This document shows, in pieces, positions 44,933 through 52,461 of a DNA stretch of 52,461 bases. This DNA comes from a virus. Taxonomy: Duplodnaviria > Caudoviricetes. Under the pieces are notes generated by a model. The model was not told the DNA's origin. It searched no databases and worked only from the letters and a program-made list of their open reading frames with translations. Position 1 is the first letter of the stretch. The number at the start of each line of letters is the position of its first letter. Made by a program: the position numbers and the translations under genes. The DNA lies in the IMG/VR virus record IMGVR_UViG_3300008261_000093, positions 1-52,461 of that record; one strand, 5' to 3'.

Positions 44933-45883
44933 TTAAACATCTGGGCAAGCCCCTGGGAATGTTCTTGGTGTACCAGGAGTTGGGCCTTGCCAAATAATTC
45001 TTACTGCACCACCACCACCCATACCATATCCATAAAATGAGCAAACACCGCCGCCGCCATAATTACCAGCTGTAGGAGCATAAGTAGGGCCACTACTTGG
45101 AGTACCGCCAGTACCTCCACCCGATCCACCTCCGCCGCCAGTGGGGGAATTACCCCCAGTACCGCCAGCACCGCTTGCGCCTTCACCATAAACACTTACT
45201 CCACCGCCAGCGCCACCGCCGCCATTGTATCCTGGAGAAGCATAGTAATTACCACCGCCACCGCCGCCACCGCCACCGCCAGAACCAGATGATCCGGGGG
45301 AACCAGCGCCAGAACCATAACCTCCAAACCCGCCAGCACCGCCATTTCCTGTGTAGCCGCCAGCTCCACCGCCGCCGCCACTTGTTGAATAATTACTGGG
45401 GTATTGAAAAACGCCATTAGCACCCATACCACCAGAACCACCACCATCACCTGCGTATGAACCACCAGCACTGCCACCACTAGTGTTTTTACCGCCAAGG
45501 CCAGCTACTGTACCAGTGGAAATAAAATAAGAATCTCCACCATTACCACCAGTAGTGTTGTAAAAAGCATTTCCTGATGCAACTGTGTATGAAGTTCCTG
45601 GGGTTACAGCAATATTATTTTTCCACCCTAAACCACCACCACCACAACCAGCATCAACGTTACTATTTACTGACGCACTTCCCGTGCCACCCGCACCAAT
45701 ACAAACCACATTAACAGAGGTTATGCCCGGAGGACAAACCCAAGTGTAACTAGTAGACCCACCACTACCATATTGTTGACCTGGATATAGTTGTTGCCCA
45801 GGTGGAGTTACTCCAGGCCAAATTCCCGACCCAGCTTGTTGCATTTGTTGTGTAGGGGTCCAGATTCCGCTATAGGTTGGCAT
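44933..45883 (-). CDS. Glycine-rich tail fibre / receptor-binding protein
   Basis: WVCPPGITSVNVVCIGAGG, KNNIAVTPG, GAVRIIW. Confidence 0.8.
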   Translation of the reverse strand: MPTYSGIWTPTQQMQQAGSGIWPGVTPPGQQLYPGQQYGSGGSTSYTWVCPPGITSVNVVCIGAGGTGSASVNSNVDAGCGGGGLGWKNNIAVTPGTSYTVASGNAFYNTTGGNGGDSYFISTGTVAGLGGKNTSGGSAGGSYAGDGGGSGGMGANGVFQYPSNYSTSGGGGGAGGYTGNGGAGGFGGYGSGAGSPGSSGSGGGGGGGGGGNYYASPGYNGGGGAGGGVSVYGEGASGAGGTGGNSPTGGGGGSGGGTGGTPSSGPTYAPTAGNYGGGGVCSFYGYGMGGGGAVRIIWQGPTPGTPRTFPGACPDV

Positions 45884-47034
45884 TACAAGTCACCTGTGTT
45901 TGTGGAAGGAAAAGATCTTGTTAATGGTTGTCCTGTTGCGGGCCAAATAATTCTAACTGCTCCTTCACCGCCTGCGTTACCATTATTGTTAAATACATAA
46001 CTTCCGCCGCCACCGCCACCGTATTGGCCGCCAGGAGAAGTAACGCTGGGTGAAGTAACTCCGCCAGAGCCGCCGCCGCCGTTTTTTGTTGCTTCGGTAG
46101 TAGTTGGGCCTGAGCCATAGCCACCGCCGCCACTTGCACCAACGCCTAAAAGCCCAACGCCGCCGCCATTGCCAAGATAATGAAGAAAATATCCAGCACT
46201 ATTATTATACCCATAGCCGCCACCGCCGCCGCCGCCAGAACCAGCTTGACCGTTACCGTTTACGCCTCCGTCACCACCATTCCCTGAATAACCGCCAGCG
46301 CCGCCGCCACCCCAAGAATTGCCATAGCTAGTAGAATTTCCGCCGTTACCACCACCATCTGCACCAGCGCCAATTGTTGTGCCAGTGCCTCCTTCCCCGT
46401 AGGGATATTGTCTACCACTTTTACCGGCGCCTGCATAAAAATAGAAAGCATCAGTGCCGTTAGTACCAAATGTTGTGTCTGTAGTACTAGAACCACCACC
46501 AATTTGACCACAAACATTTATATTAATTGTTTGCCCAGGAGTTACAGAAATATTATTTTTGTACCTAAGCCCCCCACCACCACCAGCATAATAGTCAACG
46601 TATCCGCCAGCTCCTCCAGCCCCAACAGCAAGTACACTAATAGAAGTAACTCCTGTGGGAACAATCCACGACCAAGCAGCGCTGTACGGGTATGAAAAAA
46701 CTTCTTGCCCATACGGGCTAGGAATTACCGCATTACTTTCGATGCTTCCGGGGCTTTCACCAAAATTATTAATTGCGGTTACTTGAAAGGTGTAGGATGT
46801 GCCGTTAGTTAATCCATTTACTGTAATTGGTGATGATGCACCTGTAGCCGTAAAACCACCCGGAATTGACATAACTCTATACCCAGTTATGGGGCCATAA
46901 GCTGAACTTTCTCCGTAAAAACTTACTCTTCCGCTAGTATTTCCTTTAACAGCGGTTACTACAGTCGGTGCCGTGGGTGCTTTAGGTCCAACATATGCTG
47001 CATTAACAAAGCCTGCGTTAAATCTATCAGTCAT
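45883..47034 (-). CDS. FN3 plus glycine-rich tail fibre protein
   Basis: GLTNGTSYTFQVTAIN (FN3); WIVPTGVTSISVLAVGAGG; GAVRIIW. Confidence 0.82.
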   Translation of the reverse strand: MTDRFNAGFVNAAYVGPKAPTAPTVVTAVKGNTSGRVSFYGESSAYGPITGYRVMSIPGGFTATGASSPITVNGLTNGTSYTFQVTAINNFGESPGSIESNAVIPSPYGQEVFSYPYSAAWSWIVPTGVTSISVLAVGAGGAGGYVDYYAGGGGGLRYKNNISVTPGQTININVCGQIGGGSSTTDTTFGTNGTDAFYFYAGAGKSGRQYPYGEGGTGTTIGAGADGGGNGGNSTSYGNSWGGGGAGGYSGNGGDGGVNGNGQAGSGGGGGGGYGYNNSAGYFLHYLGNGGGVGLLGVGASGGGGYGSGPTTTEATKNGGGGSGGVTSPSVTSPGGQYGGGGGGSYVFNNNGNAGGEGAVRIIWPATGQPLTRSFPSTNTGDL

Positions 47035-47045
47035 AACTGATCTCT

Positions 47046-47417
47046 TTAGGTTATTGCTTCATAAGACGCTGTCATTTCAATAGCGTTGCTTGTTCCTGAA
47101 GTTACTACGATTGACTGTGTTTCACCAATATAAATTGCGGTAGATTTGTCTGAAACAATCAAAGTAGTATTAGCAGGAACTTGAATTTGATAAGCAATTC
47201 TATATGCTGTTCCGCCACCGCCCGTCGCACTGTTAATAGAAACCGTTATGGTTGCAGCTGTTCCTGTAACGTTTGCCGCCATGATGTAGTCAATTTTATT
47301 TACGGTTCCAACGGCGGGTGTAAGGTTGGTCCAAGTAGTTGCACTTGTTCCGCTTGGAACTAAATACGATGAGTTACCGTAGATTGATGTTACGTTTACT
47401 ATGTTTGGGTTTGCCAT
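47046..47417 (-). CDS. Tail fibre-associated protein
   Basis: MANPNIVNVTSIYG...SYEAIT family pattern. Confidence 0.75.
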   Translation of the reverse strand: MANPNIVNVTSIYGNSSYLVPSGTSATTWTNLTPAVGTVNKIDYIMAANVTGTAATITVSINSATGGGGTAYRIAYQIQVPANTTLIVSDKSTAIYIGETQSIVVTSGTSNAIEMTASYEAIT

Positions 47418-47429
47418 AATTGTTCCTTT

Positions 47430-48668
47430 TTATCCAAAAATCATTGCCATAGCGATGGCTTTTCCAGTTGTAACACCACTTGCTGCAGGGGCTGTTGACA
47501 CCCATGCTGTTCCGTTCGAAGATAAAACATTTCCGGCTGTCCCTGGAGATGTTAAACCTGTACCGCCGTTTGCAGGAGCAACAACTCCGGTTACATTGTC
47601 AGCAGTACCAGTTGTGTTTTGATTTAGTGTTGGAATGTCTGCCGCTACTACTGCCCTAAATACAGGTACGCCAGAAGCTCCAGTTGGGGCAGCCAAAACA
47701 AAATTTGCAGTTTTAGAAGCATATGGGTTTAGTGTGTCTCCATATCCTGAAGCAAGACTAATTGCGGGAGTTGTACCGCCGCTTGATACTACAGGGGATG
47801 TTCCACTAACGCTAGTTACTTTACCATTAAAAGTAGTCCAATCTGCCGATGTTAAAGCACCCCGAACAGAAGCCGAGGCTGATGGAAGGTTAAAGGTATG
47901 GACATCTGTAACACTTGAGATATTAAAGTCTGAGCCAGATGTGCCTGTTGTAAAACCTTGAACTTGAGCGGTTAAGCCGTTTAGCGCAGTTAAACCTGTA
48001 GAAAAAGTTGTTTGAATTTCACACAGATTGTTGGCTTGAGTATGTAAAGTAATTGTTTGACCACTGTGAGTTACATAAACTCTAATGGCTAAGCGATCAG
48101 TTACAGTTAATGTGGTTTGGGGTACAGCTAAAGCAGTGTAATAAAGGTCAGTAGATGTGCCCCCATCAATAGCCTCAGGATTTCCGGAACCAGTTGAAAT
48201 TAAAGTAAATGTAGTGCCATCATATTTATAAAGTTCTACATAGAAACTCGGTGAGCCACCACCTGAAGATGCTTGAAACCATAACTCAAAGTTCCAGTTA
48301 CCAGCAGGGATATTTAATAATGAAGGGTCGTTGGCATCAGTAATAAATTGGGCAATATAGCCATCAGCAGAAATATTAAAATTAGCATCTAAAGCTAAAA
48401 CTGCTGTTCTACTCATTTCGTAGTAAGTGTTACCACCAAATGTACCTTGGTTTGTACCACCATTTAAGTAATAAGAAACAGCAGACCCGCCACCACCATT
48501 AGCAAGAACGCTTAAGTTACGGGCCGATCCTGTACCTGTAATAAGAACAGAACCATTAGTAGACGTAATAGTTTCTATCTTAGCGTCATTAAGATTTGTA
48601 AAGTTGGTATCGACCTCGTTATTAGTTAACGGCGATCCTTTACCAGCACGGGTTACTATAGTTGTCAT
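47430..48668 (-). CDS. Tail fibre protein
   Basis: TRAGKGSPLTNNEVDTNFTNLN N-terminus; NGGTG repeat; GKAIAMAMIFG C-terminus. Confidence 0.8.
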   Translation of the reverse strand: MTTIVTRAGKGSPLTNNEVDTNFTNLNDAKIETITSTNGSVLITGTGSARNLSVLANGGGGSAVSYYLNGGTNQGTFGGNTYYEMSRTAVLALDANFNISADGYIAQFITDANDPSLLNIPAGNWNFELWFQASSGGGSPSFYVELYKYDGTTFTLISTGSGNPEAIDGGTSTDLYYTALAVPQTTLTVTDRLAIRVYVTHSGQTITLHTQANNLCEIQTTFSTGLTALNGLTAQVQGFTTGTSGSDFNISSVTDVHTFNLPSASASVRGALTSADWTTFNGKVTSVSGTSPVVSSGGTTPAISLASGYGDTLNPYASKTANFVLAAPTGASGVPVFRAVVAADIPTLNQNTTGTADNVTGVVAPANGGTGLTSPGTAGNVLSSNGTAWVSTAPAASGVTTGKAIAMAMIFG

Positions 48669-48690
48669 CCCCGTTTACTCCTTCCGAAAA

Positions 48691-49134
48691 TTAGGAAATC
48701 GTTACAGTCCAAGTAACGCTCATTGCGTCATCCACACCTTTGTTAACAACTGCAAATACTGTGCGGCATAGCATTGTTCCTACAGACGCAGCATTAAAGA
48801 TACCTGCTTCAGTAACAGCACCTGTTGCGGTACCCGCTGGAAAACTTGCAGTGTAAGTTACTACGTTAGTAGTTGCCGTCGAGGTGGCTAAAGCTACACG
48901 ACCTAGTTCAGTTTGTAAGGTTGTATCGCCTGCTGCAGCAGCTGTTGTTCCTGATCCAGCAGCCATATGACTCATGACGTTAGCGGAAACACCAACCATG
49001 CGTGAAGCGACAAAGTTCTTACCAACGGTAACAACTAGGTTTTTAAAATCATGTTCCTCTTTTACCTTGCCATCGGCACCGGTAATAACGACTCGCAAGG
49101 AGCCGGAGGCTTTTAAGTTTTCAGTTGCGTTCAT
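48691..49134 (-). CDS. Tail / collar structural protein
   Basis: NLVVTVGK, EAGIFNA, VTWTVT. Confidence 0.75.
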   Translation of the reverse strand: MNATENLKASGSLRVVITGADGKVKEEHDFKNLVVTVGKNFVASRMVGVSANVMSHMAAGSGTTAAAAGDTTLQTELGRVALATSTATTNVVTYTASFPAGTATGAVTEAGIFNAASVGTMLCRTVFAVVNKGVDDAMSVTWTVTIS

Positions 49135-49143
49135 TACAGCTCC

Positions 49144-50082
49144 TTATGTAAATGTGCGGAATGACCCCACATAGTCTTCTAAAAAGTAAGTTATATCAGA
49201 ATAGCCTTGCATAAGCAAGCTTCCACTACTAGATAATGTCATATTATCATTAGTTTGTCTAGCATAATCAACAAATTTTGATATTACATCACTGGTATAA
49301 AGCCGGTCTCCAGGAACAGCATCTAGCGTATAGTCTTGTAAAAAATAAGAGAGCTCGCAGTAATCCTGAGCCAAACCCAAAATAAGCTTTTCAAAGGTTT
49401 TATAAGAAGTATCTAGTACACTAGAAGAATCTAAAAATGATTTAGTAACGTCAAAAACAAAAATATCTGACTCAAGTAGGCTATCAGCCGGAGTTTTACT
49501 AAATGTTTTTGCAATTAAGTCAGTGGGGGTATCTAAACTATCAGAAACATCTCTTATGTAAACTAAAACAGCATAAATTACATCTGCAAAAGATATATTA
49601 TCTGCCGGAGCTTTATCAAATACTAAGTTATTTTGATCTGCAATAAACTGTAACTCATTGATTACTTTGACAATTTGGAATTCAATATTACCATCCATAT
49701 TGTCAACCATATACACACTATCAGGAGCTAACGGCTTGCTAATATCATAACTAAGCGCTTCTGTTACAACTGGATAATCATACAGTACTTTGCCAATACT
49801 ATAAGTAATGTCAGCGCTGTCAACCATAGAAAAAGTATCTGAAAGCCCTTTTATAGCAGTCCGAGTTGAGCTATCTAAAAAGCCGGTGTATGTATCTGCT
49901 AGGACCTTTGCGGCAGTTAAGCTAACTAAATCTGTTGGGGTTATTATTTCTACCCCTAAAACATCAGGGAAAGTTACAGCCGCACAGATATTTACGTCTA
50001 GATAACTGACACTAAAAGTAGGCTCTAAATAAGAAACCTCTACTTTTACCGCTTGGTCAGGATTAAGACATGTAAATGCCAT
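49144..50082 (-). CDS. Repetitive acidic structural protein
   Basis: K..D periodic repeats; DY..YFLEDY motif twice. Confidence 0.7.
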   Translation of the reverse strand: MAFTCLNPDQAVKVEVSYLEPTFSVSYLDVNICAAVTFPDVLGVEIITPTDLVSLTAAKVLADTYTGFLDSSTRTAIKGLSDTFSMVDSADITYSIGKVLYDYPVVTEALSYDISKPLAPDSVYMVDNMDGNIEFQIVKVINELQFIADQNNLVFDKAPADNISFADVIYAVLVYIRDVSDSLDTPTDLIAKTFSKTPADSLLESDIFVFDVTKSFLDSSSVLDTSYKTFEKLILGLAQDYCELSYFLQDYTLDAVPGDRLYTSDVISKFVDYARQTNDNMTLSSSGSLLMQGYSDITYFLEDYVGSFRTFT

Positions 50083-50408
50083 TAGAAATCAGCGCGTAAG
50101 GTAAAGTTAAGTAAGTCAAAAGCCGTCAAAATCTGGCCATTAAAGCTCATCTCAATTTCACCTTGGTACTGTCCTGCTGGTACATCTAATGTAGTTCCTG
50201 GAAAACCGAAACGAACAACACCATTAACTGCATCCACTTTTGAGCAAGTTAACGTAGATAAAATTGTAGTACTGCCAAGGGCACGAAACTTAACAACTAC
50301 TGTAGTTGTAGCCGCTGAAAGGTCAATTGGGTCCCCAGTATTGCGGTCGGTAAGGGTTAAAGTTACCTCTGGTAGATTATCATTTTGTACAATTTTTATA
50401 GTGCTCAT
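50082..50408 (-). CDS. BppU-like N-terminal domain protein
   Basis: IKIVQND..P, PIDLS, GQYQGEIE; probable start MSTIK. Confidence 0.7.
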   Translation of the reverse strand: MSTIKIVQNDNLPEVTLTLTDRNTGDPIDLSAATTTVVVKFRALGSTTILSTLTCSKVDAVNGVVRFGFPGTTLDVPAGQYQGEIEMSFNGQILTAFDLLNFTLRADF

Positions 50409-51067
50409 GCCCACCTCTGGAATTCTGTTCTTGTAGAAGCTCGTGTAAGCCCCTTGTTCATCTGGATTCTAGCTCTATTGATATGGTAGTTAAACATTTT
50501 AGCGGCTTCAATAGCGCCCGCCTTATCGGTATAATCCTGTCGTGGCTGAGCCAATAAACGAGCTCTAGCACCCCAAGCAATAGCTTCTGCCCACTGTTCG
50601 TAGATCTCAGAATCAATCTCTGTAGAATCCTGGGTTGGGGCTAAAGCCGTTCTTAAATATAAAGCCCCTGGTTGGGTAATATATGGAATAGGCACTAAAA
50701 GCACTTCAGGTTTAATGGTCCTAGTAATATACTGAGGTGACCCCTCTAACTGATCCCATGCCCCCATGCGGTAAATATCAGCTAGTTCGTCAGGGCTCTT
50801 AGGAATAAGTAACAAAGTATTAAAGTAAGCCTGAATAGGCCCTACCAGCTTAGTATCTGCTGGGGTATTAATTGCATAATTTGCTTGCCCGTTGACTATG
50901 TTAATAGCTGGAATGGTGTATTGCCAAAAATAAGTTCTTTCACAGAACTCAATACAAGCCTGTTTAATTGCATCAACAGCAATAAATTCAGATGCATCAG
51001 GTACATATTGCAGTACTCGAGGCAAAAACTCGTCGTAAGAAACGGAAAAACCGTATGCTTGGGTCAT
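50405..51067 (-). CDS. Head-tail adaptor / tail tubular protein
   Basis: ACIEFCERT..W; AIAWGARARL. Confidence 0.7.
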   Translation of the reverse strand: MTQAYGFSVSYDEFLPRVLQYVPDASEFIAVDAIKQACIEFCERTYFWQYTIPAINIVNGQANYAINTPADTKLVGPIQAYFNTLLLIPKSPDELADIYRMGAWDQLEGSPQYITRTIKPEVLLVPIPYITQPGALYLRTALAPTQDSTEIDSEIYEQWAEAIAWGARARLLAQPRQDYTDKAGAIEAAKMFNYHINRARIQMNKGLTRASTRTEFQRWA

Positions 51068-51750
51068 GACTCAGATCCTGGTTTATTTGGGTCTTTTGCA
51101 GTAAAGTTTTGATTTGGGCTATTAGCCAACTCAGAAGTCTGCTTAATTTGCATAGCAGCCATAAAGGTTTGTAAATATCCCGCAGCAAGCTGCAAACCAG
51201 GGGCGTATTCTGCGTCTTTACTACAAGCCCTATAAAGAATATAGTCCAATAAAACTGGCTCAAAAGTATCACTAATTGATATTACAGTACTTTCCGAAGT
51301 AATCATCGGGGGTACTGGAGCGTAATTAATTTGTACATAACCCTGACCATTGTTAGGGGGGTATACGTAAAACACTGTTTGATCTTGTTGATCGAATATG
51401 TAATGCTTAGGCACTGCAGATTTTGCGGCTGCATGCCAGTTGGGATTAAAAGAATCAATTAGCTCTCTAGAAGTTACTCGAACTGCACGCCCTGGTGTAG
51501 AACCATTTGTGCCCATGTATCGAATAAGTTCTAGTAAAGTCCATCCATCGGAAGGGATAGTTTGTCTAGTGCCTGTTACTAATTGAACTACGCTGACTTT
51601 ATTAGTCGCGCTAGGGGACATGACAACAATTTGTTTCTGCCCTTGATTAAGCCAGTCTAGTAATTCAGCGCGTGACCAACGGGTATTACCAACGTCAGTT
51701 AACTGAATCGCTGCTTTATTAATTATGGCTTGAGCGGTAATTGTTCCCAT
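51064..51750 (-). CDS. Head-tail adaptor (DUF6682-like)
   Basis: RWSRAELLDWLNQGQ, FYVYPP, DYILYRACSKD. Confidence 0.75.
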   Translation of the reverse strand: MGTITAQAIINKAAIQLTDVGNTRWSRAELLDWLNQGQKQIVVMSPSATNKVSVVQLVTGTRQTIPSDGWTLLELIRYMGTNGSTPGRAVRVTSRELIDSFNPNWHAAAKSAVPKHYIFDQQDQTVFYVYPPNNGQGYVQINYAPVPPMITSESTVISISDTFEPVLLDYILYRACSKDAEYAPGLQLAAGYLQTFMAAMQIKQTSELANSPNQNFTAKDPNKPGSES

Positions 51751-51767
51751 AGTCCTATTATAGTGTA

Positions 51768-51785
51768 GAGGAGCCGGAGCTCCTC
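51768..51785 (-). terminator. Hairpin after the decoration gene
   Basis: GAGGAGC-TCCG-GCTCCTC; weak U-tract; followed by TATAAT. Confidence 0.45.
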
Positions 51786-51791
51786 ATTTTA

Positions 51792-52310
51792 TTACGAAGC
51801 AGTAACAGTTACTGTAGATGGTGCGCTACTCACAACTCCATCGTTCACTACCAAGCTAGCTACATACGCGCCCGCTAAATCAGCAGTAAATGTTGGGCTT
51901 ACAGTAGTACTACCTGCTAAAACTGCTGTACTTCCTGCTGGTATAGAAGTTAGAGTCCAAGCATAAGTGAGAGTATCACCATTAGGATCGTAGCTTCCTG
52001 CGCCAGTTAGAGTTACTAAAATTGGAGAAACTACAGTTTGAGCTGGGCCAGCGTTTGCTACTGGAGCAGTATTAACTCCTAAAGCAGCTACAATCGCCGG
52101 AACTTGCGTCCCAAACCACAAACCATCAACTACTAATTGATTTGAAGTAATGCTACCTGCATTTAAAGCTGCAATATCTGTAGCTTGCGTCGAGGAAAAA
52201 CCAGCCACTACTAAATCTGTAGTAGTAGCAGTACCTATATTAAAATTAACTACTGTCTGCGCTTGTGGAGTAGAAAACCCACTAGCAACTAAATCATCGA
52301 TAACAGCCAT
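51792..52310 (-). CDS. PKD/Ig-like domain capsid decoration protein
   Basis: AAGGAG SD before ATG 52310; NTAPVANAGP..SYDPNGDTLTYAW..LVVNDG. Confidence 0.8.
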   Translation of the reverse strand: MAVIDDLVASGFSTPQAQTVVNFNIGTATTTDLVVAGFSSTQATDIAALNAGSITSNQLVVDGLWFGTQVPAIVAALGVNTAPVANAGPAQTVVSPILVTLTGAGSYDPNGDTLTYAWTLTSIPAGSTAVLAGSTTVSPTFTADLAGAYVASLVVNDGVVSSAPSTVTVTAS

Positions 52311-52335
52311 TTGATACTCCTTAAAAATCAAATTG

Positions 52336-52359
52336 GGGGTGGGGACATCCCCACCCACC
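52336..52359 (-). terminator. Hairpin after the major capsid gene
   Basis: GGGTGGGGA-TG-TCCCCACCC then AATTTGATTTTT. Confidence 0.6.
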
Positions 52360-52371
52360 TATCATCAGCTA

Positions 52372-52461
52372 TTAACCTGCTGCTTGCAAGAGTGCCAAAC
52401 CATCGGCTTGAACAACTTTGTAACCGTAGACGTTTAAGCCACGGATCAAAGTGCCGAAGTC
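52372..52461 (-). CDS. Major capsid protein, C-terminal 29 aa
   Basis: DFGTLIRGLNVYGYKVVQADGLALLQAAG*, a typical P22-like coat C-terminus; followed by hairpin and decoration gene. Confidence 0.8.
   Translation of the reverse strand, partial: DFGTLIRGLNVYGYKVVQADGLALLQAAG

Noticed and set aside
43228-47034. Diversity-generating retroelement or invertible tail-fibre cassette
   Set aside because: No reverse transcriptase or recombinase; similarity between fibres is protein-level paralogy and Gly-codon low complexity.
1386-51272. Numerous 60-140 aa antisense ORFs in the supplied track
   Set aside because: They lie opposite well-supported genes, lack SDs and motifs, and conflict with the two-arm transcription layout.
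52310-52374. Capsid-to-PKD frameshift or read-through fusion
   Set aside because: Capsid ends in tandem TAA TAG, the PKD frame has a TAG at 52361-52359, and the PKD gene has its own SD and ATG.

Overview
Nearly complete genome of a tailed dsDNA phage with podovirus-like gene order, probably infecting an aquatic proteobacterium. The window starts inside the presumed scaffold gene and ends inside the major capsid gene, so mainly those two genes are missing. There are two divergent arms. The + strand (about 6.3-27.4 kb) carries early genes, a MoxR-type AAA ATPase/vWA-peptidase set, family A DNA polymerase (Leu762 type), nucleases, SNF2 helicase, an SSB-like protein and a primase-helicase. The - strand (52.4-27.4 kb and 5.5-0 kb) carries capsid/decoration, adaptor, Gly-rich tail fibre, lysis, tail and ejection genes including a 2364-aa polyvalent protein, then terminase and portal. 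I saw no integrase, tRNA, CRISPR array or reverse transcriptase. Most notable: (1) two small genes with their own AAGGAG ribosome-binding sites nested in the +1 frame inside the 2364-aa gene; (2) a ~470-nt densely base-paired non-coding region at the divergence point and a ~110-nt pseudoknot-capable element at 24.0 kb; (3) an iteron-like origin and an array of TAGGG-N4-CCCTA-type palindromes; (4) several junctions in the late operon where genes look truncated or lack a start codon (deletions, misassembly, or ATT initiation). All family names come from motif recognition by eye; no database search was run.
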